NCBI GenBank assembly: GCA_049724395.1 | Contig: JAUGWO010000107.1 | Span: 186,001-250,000 of the forward strand | Length of the DNA stretch: 64,000 bases | Origin: Spongospora subterranea f. sp. subterranea | Taxonomy: Eukaryota | Direction: 5' to 3' | In this document: positions 1 through 12,582 of the stretch, piece after piece | Layout: the number at the start of each line of letters is the position of its first letter | Numbering within the stretch: position 1 is the stretch's first letter | Program-made: the position numbers and the translations under genes | The notes under the pieces: model-generated | Databases searched by the model: none | What the model was told of the DNA's origin: nothing | Seen by the model: only the letters and a program-made list of their open reading frames with translations

Positions 1-884
1 CAACGGGACAGGAACTCGATCATGTTGTCGCATATTTCCCGTTGATTATGAAGCTGACCCAGGAGTGATAGCGAATGAACTATCCAGAAGCAGACCCAAG
101 GTCGTGACGCATCCAGAGATACAGCCCAAGATGGAAGCTTTAGCGATGATGATATGGCGAACAATGCATGGGCAGTTCGTCGCAATTCTAACTACATCAA
201 CCGTTTGAGAAAATAAGCCTGAGATGAATTAGCAGATACATCATTATTGGAAACGAGAAGTCGCGAGACGACATCCTGGACGGCGACCTGAGCGACGACT
301 GTGGCGAAATCGATATCGGCCGACATTAATCACGGAATAATATTGAGATGATATGATAGTGTAGAGGGTGGTAGAGGGGGGATAATTCACACCAATTATC
401 ACAGTCAATCGCGACATTAATCACTTATATAGTCATCTCAAATTAAGATTGATTTTATCGAATCGACTCACAGCCGATCCGTCTCGTGGTCAAATTCCAC
501 ATTCATTGTATATGTCATACTGGTTTGGTCTAAATGAGTGTTGATCGTCTAACACGAGCAAAATGGGCAATGGTTGAATGGGTGGAGTCGCGATGGTCAA
601 CTTGGTGTCAATAATCCCAGGGTATTATCGGTGCAATACCTACCAGAACTCTTGTTAGTATAATATTCTGTCATTACAATTGATAACTCCCATAATCTAC
701 TCGACATTTCTTGAAATAATATCATTCGGCACTTGAACAGTTCTAGGGAGAATTATTACCGTCTGCTAAGCGAAAATGCTGCCGAAATACGAATGAAAAG
801 TGGGACAGATATTTTAAACATGAATTTGATAGATTATTTATTTGGGTTATAGATTACACAGAATAAATTAGTATGGAAAATCCA

Positions 885-1891
885 TTAGACATTATCGCCA
901 GGAAATTCAACGGGTGCCCTGCCAGCGCTCATTGGCAATACCTCGTTTCCCATGGTGAAATCCCATCCAGATATTTCCAGCGTGTTGACTGGCAACAGCC
1001 AAAACAATTTCTTTGTACCAAAGATGCTCTCGAAATTTCTTCGTTTGCCTTGATCATAAGGATTTGATGACGGCCGAATAAAGCCATATTCCAGAGTTGT
1101 TTGGTTCAATAAGACCAAATGCAGATGAAACCCGAGAAAGAAGATCAATGTGATCGAAAACGCAATACACGATATAACGCCGAACAACGACATTAGGTCA
1201 AGAGTGAAATTCTTTTTAGCAGAGACAGCAAATACAGACATTATCTCAGTCCAATTGCACAAAATATAGATAATGCAACCTATTTGATGAGGTTAACCTA
1301 TTTTGAATGTTGTACAACTTGATCGCTTACCAGTACAGGACCAAAATAGAAAGAGCAAAAAATATTTGTAGTTGTAGTGGCCAACACAATTCGCCACCCA
1401 AGGACCTGGATGTTTCCGTAATTGATTGATGACGACTTAGATTGTCACAAACTTACAGTGGTGATCCATCTTTAAACAACAAACACCACACATTGAACAA
1501 TGATGAGCCCGATCAGGCTTCAATGACAGACATTTTGCACATCGTGGGCATTCCGCAGCCTCAAAATGCCCTGGAGCAGGATTGTATTTTGGAGAATTTG
1601 ACGTCATAACCTGGAACGTATAATTAGTTTAGGAATTGAATAAAGAATTTGACAACACACGCAGCGGATGTACGACGCAAGAACCAAAATCGACACGATA
1701 GTAAATAACACAACGGCGGCGACAGTCGTAAACGGCCGTTGGCTATAAAATTTAGACTGGAATACGAAGACGAAGGTGACCCAGTCGATAGCCACAATGC
1801 CGAACACGAAAACGACCGGGATCAAAATGACAACCCGCTTGACGACATTCGCGAATAGAGTTAGCGTCGTCCAGGCTTTGATTATAGTCAT
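885..1891 (-). CDS. DHHC zinc-finger palmitoyltransferase (ZDHHC2/15/20, Pfa3-like), about 4 exons
   Basis: Spliced minus-strand translation gives [45 protein letters not shown]-terminal TM helices, a TTLE motif and NPYDQG..NFESIFG. ATG is at 1891. Confidence 0.93.
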
Positions 1892-2031
1892 CTCCGCGTG
1901 CCTGTGGATCAACAGGATGATTAGGCCAGCGGCCTGGTTATATGATAATGATCTGCATTAAACCCGTTGTTAGTTGGGCGAATTAGCTGGTCGGGTGGGT
2001 GTATGGGATTATGAGACCCTCCAGGGCCCAG

Positions 2032-2096
2032 GGGCCAGGGATATACACACTGGGCCAAGGATATACAGTACACACTGGGCCAAGGATATACACACT
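2032..2096. repeat. Three imperfect copies of GGGCCAAGGATATACACACT (about 20-25 bp) upstream of the DHHC gene
   Basis: Read directly: gggccagggatatacacact / gggccaaggatatacagtacacact / gggccaaggatatacacact. Confidence 0.8.
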
Positions 2097-2273
2097 TACC
2101 AGTATATACACTATCTCCAGAGATCAACAGTCGTGCTGTTCACGATACCTATGACAGTCTCTGACCTGACTGGTGTAGCTGGCAACTGCAGTGAAAGATG
2201 ACCAAGAACAAGCGAGAATGTCGGTATTCTAATGAACTGTGAATAAACTATGTGGGGACTGATCTGTATTGAG

Positions 2274-2826
2274 TCAATGGGTGGTCAATGGATCTGTTGC
2301 CGGATGAGTACTGGTTCGCTTGTAGCACAGACGAGTATCCTTTATGATAAGTTCGCTGGATATTGATTTGCACATATCATAGATGCAAAGCGCCGTTATG
2401 GATGCACCGGTAAGAGCTTCCATTTCTACTCCGGTCTTATAATATGTCTTTACAGTGCATTGGACAATCAGGTCTTTCATGTTTGGGATGATGTCAATCT
2501 GATTGTGAAATTACAAATTCCCATCAGATAAAAGCGCTGATTCGTACCTTGCATGATTCAAGAGGCAAAGAATGGCAGAATGGGATCAAATCACTGGTGC
2601 GCTTTGCGGCCATTGTTCCAGCGACAATAGCTGTGGCAAATACAGGTCCTTTAGGACTGTGTATCTCATTCTCGTCAAGTTTCAACTGCTCTAGAACAGC
2701 ATCAGGTAAAGTTATCGTACATGAGGCCATGGCTACACGAAAAGATCTATCTTTCGCTCCAATATCGACCATATTGGGCTGATTCTTTTTCATATTGATA
2801 TGAGAAAACGGAGAAAAATGCCTCAT
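2274..2826 (-). CDS. moaC: Cyclic pyranopterin monophosphate synthase MoaC (MOCS1B/Cnx3), 2 exons
   Basis: Motifs [28 protein letters not shown] and [23 protein letters not shown] 49-nt GT-AG intron lies at 2547-2499. Confidence 0.95.
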
Positions 2827-2874
2827 TCCTAATGTTGATAAACTTCATAGAGCTGATCCATTCTGGAGATTATC

Positions 2875-3427
2875 TTACCATGACGCGATATTAGGACAAG
2901 GCGCTGCAGCCCATACAATCCTTGATTGCTCAACGATAACTGCATTGCAGATACAGACACCAATTGCCGAGCAAAGAGTCCGTACACGAAATCGGGTTTG
3001 CCCGGCCGGGATTTGGTTTATTGGTTGATCACAAATAACCACGGTTAGTGTATGCGTCGTCTCCTTCAAATGACCAGGGTGATTTGATTGGTAAAAACTG
3101 TTTTCGGCAACAGCTGACGATGGACCCATGAATGTGAGCTCAATAGAACTCGGCGAGGTAGCTGACATGAAAATAGGGAAATGCCAGAATAACTGGAGAA
3201 TTTTTTCAGAACGCAATCACCATAATTGGAAGGTTATTCTCTTTGAAGGTTATTTTCTTTGAATAAACCAAAACGCCAGATTTATGAGTGTTTATCTTTT
3301 CTAAATACTGTGATAGGATTTGGGTTCGTGAGCGCATACATGTCAGTGCATCATGTTTCTTTGCACTTTGTGATGAGCTAACAAGCAATATCGCCAAAAT
3401 AACCGATATTTGGTAGCATGCCTGCAT
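2875..3427 (-). CDS. Hypothetical protein with signal-peptide-like N-terminus; 3' exon structure uncertain
   Basis: MQACYQISVILAILLVSSSQSA looks like a cleavable signal peptide. Two adjacent ORFs could be joined by a short intron after ...LPIM. Confidence 0.4.
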
Positions 3428-3648
3428 TGTTTTGGTGGCGATCTCTCAGGTGTACCGTTCTGTTGATGGCAGTGCGGCACGTTGCCTTGATGCTACGTAC
3501 AGTACTGTAGCATATAACGAGGCCATATAAATCCAACATTCATTCATTATGCATAAACAAGACGGCGTTATTTGGATAAATTATTGAAGTACAGTAGTCC
3601 CCAAACGGCAAGGTTTGAACATGGGCGACGACATGGTCTGCGCAATCA

Positions 3649-4184
3649 ATGAAGGGCTACGGACATGAACACAATGGTGACGAGACTCCGATAGCGGTAC
3701 TGGGAGATCTGTCAGAATATTGAACACGCTCGATTAACGGAATCGTCATGTTCGCGCCTAGACAGCGACGAAAGATCTGCGCATGTAGGCAAGATGGGGA
3801 TTATTGTCCTGACGAGCCTGTCCCTGTTGAATACTGTCTAGAGCTCTCAGATGAAATGAAAGCGTTTCTCGTGCAGTCTAGGGAACGGAGAATGGATAGA
3901 CTTAAAAGAAAGCGTAACGATCAGATTGCACTAAAAAATTCACAACGTAAATTCCACATAAAAATCGGTAAATACCCTAGGCATTATTTTGAATATAATT
4001 GTTAGGTGATGCAGAGCAGAAGATCGTGACCGACTTTCAGGAGAGGAGAAAAAAGATGTACGGCGACAGTCTCTCTCACATTGAATCGTTGGAGAAGGGA
4101 CTGAACGACGTGTTTCTCTGGGCTGTTCAACAGTCGGATGCCGTTCTTTGGCCTGCTGTCGCTCTCAGCTTTGGAAAACACTAA
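3649..4184 (+). CDS. Gemin8-like SMN-complex subunit (start uncertain)
   Basis: LELSDEMKAFLVQSRERRMDR and ERRKKMYGDSLSHIESLEKGLNDVF...LWPAVALSF resemble Gemin8 MEITEELRQYFAETERHR and [23 protein letters not shown]...YWPVIPLKF. An intron lies at about 3968-4005. Confidence 0.7.
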
Positions 4185-4485
4185 ACTGTAAATTTTAAAA
4201 ACCCCAGAATGAGATTGTTTAATTCCTCAAATGATGTCTGACATGTGTCGGTATCGACATATTTACAATACAGCGATATCCTACCTTACATACACCTATC
4301 ACATCTCCCTACACCAGTTCACTTTCAAACGGTAGTATTGCTATAATACCATACCGTGTTCTGTAATTATAACCTACAACGCTACAGAGACTCCGTGACG
4401 GAGTTAACCGAGGACGACTAATAGGTGACGGTGACCGTGACCGTGGCGATAAATCCATCCGCTTATCGCCATCACCATCGCGTTC

Positions 4486-5259
4486 ATGTCGGTCACTCAA
4501 CCTGGACACACCGTCTACATCAACAACATCAATGAGAAAATATCCAAGCCAGGTAATTATATCATTTTATTTGGCGAAAATAGTGGAAACGTCGTAATAA
4601 TCGATCGTTTTGGACAGAGCTGAAGAAAGCTTTATATGAATTAGCGGGTCAGTTCGGCTCTGTCATTGATATCGTAGCCTTAAAGACTCCACGTATGCGC
4701 GGTCAAGCATTTATTATATATGATGAGGTCAATTCAGCCATAAAGGCCCATCGAGATCTTCAAAATCTTGATTTGTTTGGAAAACCAATTGGTAATTCCT
4801 TGTGGTCATTACCGATAATTATACTGATGATCAAACAAACATTAGAGGGTGGCATTCGCTAAGACGAAATCAGATTATATTGCTAAACGAGATGGAACCT
4901 ATGTTGACCAGCACCGTCCTCCCCATCTTATTGGAGGAAAACCGGCCCCTAAACCTCGTGAAGAGAACGTCGAGACTAACGAACACGGTGGCGCTGTTCT
5001 GACGGCTGCCGATCTACGCCAGCCGCCCAACACGATATTATTCGTGCAGAACCTGCCATTGGCCGCCACCGAGGGTATGGTAGCTGCCCTATTCGAACAA
5101 TATCGTGGATATCGTGAGGTTCGCCTAATCCCGTCCAAACCGGGGATTTCCTTCGTCGAATTCGAGGACGAGTTCGCCAGCGGGCAAGCGATGGAGGCGT
5201 TGCAAGGCTTCAAATTCACCCCGACCAATATTCTAACCATCTCATATGCCAAAAAATAG
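4486..5259 (+). CDS. U2 snRNP B'' / U1A family two-RRM protein, 3 exons
   Basis: TVYINNINEKISKPELKKALY, DIVALKTPRMRGQAF (U2B''-type loop) and a second RRM PPNTILFVQNLP...GISFVEF...ISYAKK. Confidence 0.93.
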
Positions 5260-5306
5260 ACTAGGCCCTGCTTTTATAACCTTAAACCAGGTTCACTGTA
5301 TTTTAA

Positions 5307-6978
5307 TCAATTTCTGGCTGTTTTGTACATGACTAATCCATCATCGCTAAGTGTAGCTAATACAGATCCAGAGGATGCATAAGCCATATCCAAAACCCTG
5401 AAAATCCAATTCACATCAACTCAGCAACGAAAGTATCAAATATGTTGGGCAAACTATGATTTACCCATTTCCTTGCGGTCTTAAACATATGTTCTTTTCG
5501 GGTTGACGTGTTGACCATAACCAGCTGGATCTGGATTGATAATCGCCCGATCCTACCCACGATTGGCCATCATGTGTGAAAATGGTTGATCTGCCCAGGA
5601 CCATCCCCGTCGTGTGTGGCGCCTGATTCGTTGAACAGATCAGGTCTAATTCCCCAGGCCCATAATCCAGAACAATGTGGAATGCGGATTCAGGATCGGT
5701 GCCGCGAATCAGACACAATATCTGATTCGAGATCGGGTCGAACGACGCGCTGATACAGTTCTTCACATCGACGGGAATCGAGCGATATTCCACATTGTGC
5801 AGGAATGAATCAGTTTCTATAATTGCGGCGTGCGATGGCCCAGCACAAAGCAAGGAGACCTTTCCGTGGGAATCGGGTAGAATATGCAGGGAATGAATCG
5901 GCAATGGAGATGGGGATTGAAGACGCCCTAAAGTCTTACGAGTATTCCGGATATCGTGAGCGATGATGGCGCCAGAGCTTGTCCCGGCCATGAACACGTG
6001 CTCATCGACCCATGTGCACGACCACAATGGCGACGCTAAATCGTAATCGGCTATGCAACATTCGGATTGGAGACTGGACACCTTCAGATGGCGATCCAGT
6101 GAAGCCGATAGGATTAAATCCCCAGATCCGTCCAAATCCCTGATATCGCCTTTATGCAACGAAGGAATCAATCGTAGATGGGAACTATCGAGAAGACTAA
6201 CGCGATTGATTCCGAACAGTTTGGAATCGGAACCCGAGAACAGTAAGGAGTCTGTCGAGGAATTGTAATGAAGAACTCGGGATTGCGTTGTGGTGAGGCA
6301 ATCAGATACAGCAAATGGGGCGGTGGAATGGCTCGATAGAACCGATTGAAGCTGAACATATCGGGCATGAAGACGATCATAACGAGCCACCAATCGGGAT
6401 AATTCCGATTCCGATTGACGGCGTAGCAGCTGCTCTTTTTTCAGCCTGATAAAAAACAATACTATCAGCGCCATCAATATGGTAATCGAGATGATGTATT
6501 ACTTTAGCAGCCATGACGTCATATTCACTGTTGTCTTTAACTGCGAATTTAGACGTAAACAGCATCGTTATATCGCTGAATTTCGCTTTTTTCAGACATT
6601 CCGGGCAATTCCCTTTCATGTTTACCCATCTTCTAATACAGCTCTGACCTGGAAACCGAATTCAACCTAAACTGCCATCGTTATACAGCTGGACCATTTA
6701 CCGAATAAATGGCCACATTTCAGGCAGGATATTCTGTGCTGAAAATGAATCTGAATAATGTCGAGAGTCGTTCTATTTGTAATCTGACGTACCTCTCCGG
6801 AACTGTGCCAGGGCGTTGTACATATTGGACAGATACTTGTGGTTTGTTCGGGTTCGACGTTCTTTCGTGTGGGAATAGTCATCCGGGCACGTTTGTAACT
6901 GACGAAATCGCTGTCGCTGGATTCGTTATCGGATGCGGTGATAGTCGGAACCGACTTGTTAACCTGTCGATTACTCAT
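5307..6978 (-). CDS. RFWD3: RFWD3-like RING + coiled-coil + WD40 E3 ubiquitin ligase (an extra 5' exon is possible)
   Basis: [31 protein letters not shown]...CPEC RING, then a coiled coil, then WD40 blades (LHKGDIRDL, SASLD, PLWSCTW). Confidence 0.88.
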
Positions 6979-7603
6979 CTCTGCAACGACGCTGCTCCCC
7001 CCAGACAATTATATTCCAGAACCCCGCGCAACCTGTACAATCAACCGAAATATATTCCCTGAACCGCGAATCTGAAATCACTCACACAGTTTGAGTCGTT
7101 TCGATTCAGTCGTGAATGTTCAGAATAGAAGACCAAGTAATATTTTCGTGTTTATTGTAGTAGTTTACGACTCGTAAAGAAATGAATGTTTATACCACTA
7201 GAGATTCCTGTCGATTTGATCGTCACAATATTTACCGAATGTGGTAAATCTTAAGGATTCCATTAAAATATCCAAGTACACCGATCGGGTTATTTATCGG
7301 ATTGAATTACGATTGAAGGCGAGAGAGAAGGCGAGGTCATGTGCCCATTTAGATGGGTCATCATGTTTACTAGCCTGATCATGGCTCTGTTCTTTTCGAT
7401 TAGAAAGGCGACACGCGCTCACAATGTCAGACCATTTTCATAATTGATTTCATTTCATAACCTAATCAAACGCTAGAACGATGATAAAGAATCCCATCAC
7501 GGAACCAGGGCATCAAAGTATATTTCAGAGGTTGAAGGATGAATCGATTCACATTATTTAAAAAAAAACTGATTAGAAACCCAATAAAGAGCTCAGAAAT
7601 AAA

Positions 7604-9714
7604 TTATTTGACGTCTTTACGAATAATGGTGATTAAATGCAATGGGACTTTCATTTCTGCTTTTAAATATGCTGCGACTTCCTTATCGACTTTCCCTTGA
7701 ATAAAGACCTCATACTGGGATTGAGATGTTTTGCCTGGCAATGGTTTAACAGCAGTTGCGCTGGCGAATTTCTTTTGCGCATGCTGTGCGAGTTCCGCCG
7801 GGTTGATGCCGAACGGTTCCAGATTCCTTAAACGAGTCCTCAGCTTCTGCCCGACTTTCTCAACCGTAATCTCAATCGTCGGCGGGACACCTTTCTTGAA
7901 CACTGGTTTCTGATCGGGACCTGTTAGGACCGCGGTATGCATCACAAGTTGCCTCTCGAACCTATCGGAAAGCTCTTTGGCCGTGACGATCGTTGGGCAC
8001 TTCTGTTCAGCAACATCGTGCCATAACGCATTCGCTAATACCGGATCCAGTTTCACCCGTCCTTCAGACTCTTTCAGACCTTCCCGTACAACATATTCCA
8101 TCAATTTTGCTTTCGCGTCGCCCATTAAGAGTAAATCATGGCCGGGAACGCCGCCGAATAGGAATCGAATTCGCTTCATTGGTTCATACATTGTTATGAT
8201 TCTGATTTTGCTCGCGTCAACGACTTTACTGGGCGCCTTCTTGGCAGTTGGCGTATCTCGAGAACGGGCAACAGGAACGTCGCCGCTTAGTGTCGGATGG
8301 GACCGATTCACGAAAGTTATTGAAAGAATGGCGTTGTGCTCTTTGACTTTGATAACGCCGTCTTTCGTAAAGGATCGAAACAATTTCGTGAAGGTTTTAT
8401 AGGAAGACGACTTGATCTGGAGTTCGTTGGAGGTGGAGGCGCGCATTCGATCCGATAATATAGAGGCGGTAATGGGCAGATCGGAATCGAGAACATGATG
8501 TGATAATGTTGAAATCAAGACACGACGAATCGTCTCGTCAACTTCGTCCCGATCATGACATTGTTCGTCACCTATATCTTCAGCTGGTTTTGTCACTATG
8601 TTCGCTGGCAGGTTAATGGACACGACTGATGTTTGTTCGTCAACGTCTTTGACCTTGATCGTTCCGCGTTTGGCGAATGAACGGTACAGGACATCCCACG
8701 TCTTGAAAGACGTTAGCTTGATATCGAACCGTTCGTCCATGGCCATAATCCGTGATTGCAAATTACATATTGGCAACGGAAGTGAACTCGTTTCCGAAGT
8801 CAGCGATTGCAGAACGTGTATGAGAGCGTCTTCGATTGCCGTTCTCATATCTAGAATCGGTGATGAAATAACAGCTTCAGGGTCATGTGGTTGATCGTCT
8901 TCCAACTGTGGAGTTTTCTCTTCTTGAACGTTAGATTTCTCAACAATAAATAATGATGATATGCCGTTGTCGATGAAACCAGAGTTAGGTCTTGATTGAT
9001 GGCCATACTTCCATAGAGAATCGCCATAAACATGATAGGTTTTGATACATTTTCCTTTCCCACCACAATGGCCTAATCCATTTTCGTCCATAATCATAAC
9101 ACCGATTGCTACATAACAATTTAGTTGATGATGGGAGAATATCCCGCAGCTGAAAATGAGTACCGAATGCATGGGGATTTTGGGTGGCGTATATGGCGAC
9201 GGCTTCTCCAATTTTCACCCCGTCCAGATCGGATCCAGGCTGTAATCCAGGAACCATGACGTCCGCTCCTGATAGAAGATTGCTGTAGATATTGGCCGGC
9301 ACTAATATTCGCCTCAAAGTATCAGGATATCGCCACCTGGCAGAACACAAATCATCTTCCAAAATTGGAAACCAATAAAAATACTAATGGAATATTACAC
9401 AGTATATAATGTCGGAAGATATAAATCCCCTTTACCATTGGCGTCGAATATTACCGGCTCTTTCTCTGGATCCATCTGCGAATAAATTACCTAAAGATGC
9501 ATTCAGCCAAAAATTCGGGACAATTTAGAACACATATTACAGCTGAAGTAGTAGTTTTCTCCATACTCAATGTCGGTTGCCGAGTCGGGATGATTATCTG
9601 CCAGATATGTGAATCCAATCGGGAATACCGAGAAGACAGCTTCTGCTGGAGCTGTTTGGATTTGGAGCCGCTCAAAGGGCATGACGTTCGGATCTCTAAT
9701 CGAGCCTTAAACAT
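7604..9714 (-). CDS. EIF2D: Translation initiation factor eIF2D/ligatin (PUA, winged helix x2, SWIB, SUI1)
   Basis: N-terminal MFKARLEIRTSCPLSGSKSKQL, PUA LLSGADVMVPG, GKGKCIKTYHVYGDSLW, SWIB (EYVVREGL..VKLDPVLANAL) and SUI1 (NLEPFGINP..KKFASAT..VFIQG). Confidence 0.92.
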
Positions 9715-10880
9715 GCCTGAGCCCTGGTGGCCAAAGCCCTACTTGCCCTGAATGAGACCCGGATTCCGAATGAGGCTCGCTGGTTCCTACTGGCGCCGCC
9801 GCCGCCACCTGTACTAATGATAATGCGCACAGAGTATAGTGTAGTCGATATGGGATAATGGCGATAGTCGCTCCGGCGATAGACCTGGGTCTACAGTCAT
9901 CAATGATAATAAAAGGAATATGGTATTGGTGATCAACCGAGGACACAACATCGTCGAGAAACACAAGGAGATAACCTCGTTAAACAACAAACGCGACGGC
10001 GCTAATAATCAGCTGATGGTGATATTGGAACTTTACCAGGAACGATGGTGTTCCATCGATTGTGTCAGTGAGACAGCTGAACTCTTCAATCCACCTGCCT
10101 CTTATTATATCGCTAACAGCAATTGGTTTAATTGCACAAGCGCCACCATCTCTTTCCGTTTTAATACACCCTAAGTCGTACCATCCGATGGGATAACAGG
10201 TTGACATCGTCAAAGGTTGAACGACCCGTGTGCGAGATTGGTGGGAGGAATGGATGATGACCGACGAGGTCAGAGCAATAACATAGCGATTATCAGGCAG
10301 CCACAACCACCTGGAATGTGTTCGCCCTGGACCCCGATGTCATGTATTGTACAAAATCAAAACCCTAACTTAGATCTCTGATATACTTGGTTTAAATTCA
10401 ACCTAGTTTATCGATAATAATCGTATTTGACACATTTCCTATGACAACTAACATTGGATGGTATCACGCCGAGTTGGCTGATGGTTGTCTTTGGCGACGA
10501 TTGGAGTATGGTCCATGTCGAGTATGCACCGGCGATTACGGCTGCTTTACGACAGAAAGCGTGGACGAATAGAGGTTTTGCCAAGAACGTGCTGCATTAG
10601 TCCATTTTTGACGGATTCCACTAATTTCTGGGGTAGTGAGATCAGCTGCCATGGATTTCCGTTGAAAGGGACAATCATGATTTGAACAAGTCGGTTCACC
10701 GCTGTCGACGTCTGGCAGCCGTTATCCATGTTATTAGGATGATACAAGCCAGCGAATACACGTCCTTGACATCTATCTGCCCACTAAACCTCCCTGATGT
10801 TCTCATCTCTCAAAGTACTTACTTCACTGCTCTCCTCCATTACTGGTGAAGGTGCCCTTGTCCCATGTCCCTCTGTATTT

Positions 10881-11095
10881 CACTTCCGACCTCCCTTATA
10901 TCGGTGGAGCTGCCCCTGGACACCTTACCCCTGCCCCTCTCTCTGTATCGCCCTCAAGACGACCTCCCTTCACTTCCGACCTCCCTTATATCGGTGGAGC
11001 TGCCCCTGGACACCTTACCCCTGCCCCTCTCTCTGTATCGCCCTCAAGACGACCTCCCTTCACTTCCGACCTCCCTTATATCGGTGGAGCTGCCC
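10881..11095. repeat. 90-bp tandem repeat, 2.4 copies, pyrimidine-rich
   Basis: Unit cacttccgacctcccttatatcggtggagctgcccctgg...gacctccctt at 10881-10970 and 10971-11060 (identical), plus a partial copy at 11061-11095. Confidence 0.97.
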
Positions 11096-11281
11096 ATTAA
11101 GGCCCTGTCCCCCTGACTCCTGTCTGCCCACCAATCGTGCATCACAGGATTATGTGGAGCAGTTCCTCTTTCCCAATCGAATCAGACCATGGCTATATAA
11201 TATCTCTGTATCCCGGCGGCCCCGAAAGTTGTCGCCCCTCCCCTCTCCCTTTCTCCGACCCGAGTTGATAGTACTATTGAT

Positions 11282-12091
11282 ATGATTGATAATCACGATG
11301 AGGAGGAAACCTTCGCAGGTTTATCGGTACTCGACGTGATCCCTGAAACTATATCCGATTATGATATTATCAACACTAGTCCTATACAGATAATGAATTG
11401 GAGTGAAGGGGAAGAAGCTAAAGGCGCCAAGGAAACTGTAAAGGCATTGTGTGGTGGATGTCGGGCAGGAAAGCGAAGAGCAACCGAAGGGGAGCAAACC
11501 CATGCCAAGAGGACATGCAGGAGGAGGAATGTGATAAGGGAATCCCCAGGGGCTGTCCAAGACTGGGCGCTGATCGATATAGAGGACGCGGCGAAGGCCT
11601 GGGCTCGATTAGCCCAAGCAGGGAGTGCTAAAGCCCAATACAGCCTTGCCCTGTGTTATGAGAAGGGACATGGAGTTGAGCACGATATGAGGCGGGCTGC
11701 TGAATTGTGGGCGGCTGCGGCTGATCAAGGCCATAGCAAGGCCAAATTCGAGTTGGGGAAGTGCTACGAGAAAGGGTTGGGAGTTGAAAGGGACATATCT
11801 CTTGCCGTTCACTGGTGGAGGCTAGCGGCTAAGGATGGCCTTCCTGCAGCACAGCACAAGATGGGAATCGCCTATGAGATTGGGCAGCAGGTCCCGAAAG
11901 ACGCGAAGGCGGCTGTGGCAATGTACCAGCAAGCAGTTGAGCAGCACCATCCTGGGGCACAGTTTGACTTGGCCAGGTGCTGTGAGGAAGGGATTGGGAT
12001 CGATAAGAACAGGGTCGAGGCCAATCGCCTATTCCGTTTGGCCGCTGATCAAGGGCACCTTCTCGCCCGTTTATCAATTTTATACACATAG
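11282..12091 (+). CDS. Sel1-like repeat protein, intronless
   Basis: Four complete 36-aa SLRs (e.g. AKAQYSLALCYEKGHGVEHDMRRAAELWAAAADQGH) plus a partial one. Confidence 0.9.
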   Translation: MIDNHDEEETFAGLSVLDVIPETISDYDIINTSPIQIMNWSEGEEAKGAKETVKALCGGCRAGKRRATEGEQTHAKRTCRRRNVIRESPGAVQDWALIDIEDAAKAWARLAQAGSAKAQYSLALCYEKGHGVEHDMRRAAELWAAAADQGHSKAKFELGKCYEKGLGVERDISLAVHWWRLAAKDGLPAAQHKMGIAYEIGQQVPKDAKAAVAMYQQAVEQHHPGAQFDLARCCEEGIGIDKNRVEANRLFRLAADQGHLLARLSILYT

Positions 12092-12291
12092 AAAACCACC
12101 CAATAAAATATATTCATCAAATCCATTTTTTACACATCTATGTTCCCACTGATTTCTCCACATGCTTCATAAATTAATATTACAACAATCATAATTGTAT
12201 GTGTATTGAATGATTTCGCCAGTGTTCAGACATTTCGTTGAGATTGCTAGGCAGGCTGATTAAATAGTGAATAGTACTTTCATTAATTGCA

Positions 12292-12582
12292 TTAGCCGTT
12301 CAATGCCTTTTCCTTTTCGTATCGAGCCTTATCGGCGGCTGCCAATTTTTCATATGGAGCCTTCTCTTTGTCGCTCAGCTCTTTCCATTTTTGTCCCAGG
12401 ATTTTCCCCAGCTCGGCAAACGACGCGTCTGGATGTTGTTCCTTAATTTTCAGACGATTGGTCGTTGTGAAACAGATATAGGCGCTCAATGCACGTCGTG
12501 GTCCAGATTTTTTCTCCTTCTTACCTGCCTTCTTAGCAGGTGCCACCTTTGACACAGTCTTTTTGACTTCATTTTTGGCCAT
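12292..12582 (-). CDS. NHP6-like single HMG-box chromatin protein
   Basis: GPRRALSAYICF...IKEQHPDASFAELGKILGQKWKELSDKEKAPYEKLAAADKARYEKE with a basic N-tail. Confidence 0.95.
   Translation of the reverse strand: MAKNEVKKTVSKVAPAKKAGKKEKKSGPRRALSAYICFTTTNRLKIKEQHPDASFAELGKILGQKWKELSDKEKAPYEKLAAADKARYEKEKALNG

Noticed and set aside
1..870. 3' end of a gene at the window start
   Set aside because: Only short open frames are present, with no recognisable similarity.
10360..10368. AAACCCTAA telomere-like motif
   Set aside because: It is a single copy, with no telomeric array.
10881..11095. 90-bp repeats as a CRISPR-like array
   Set aside because: The units are fully identical with no unique spacers, there are no cas genes, and the context is eukaryotic.
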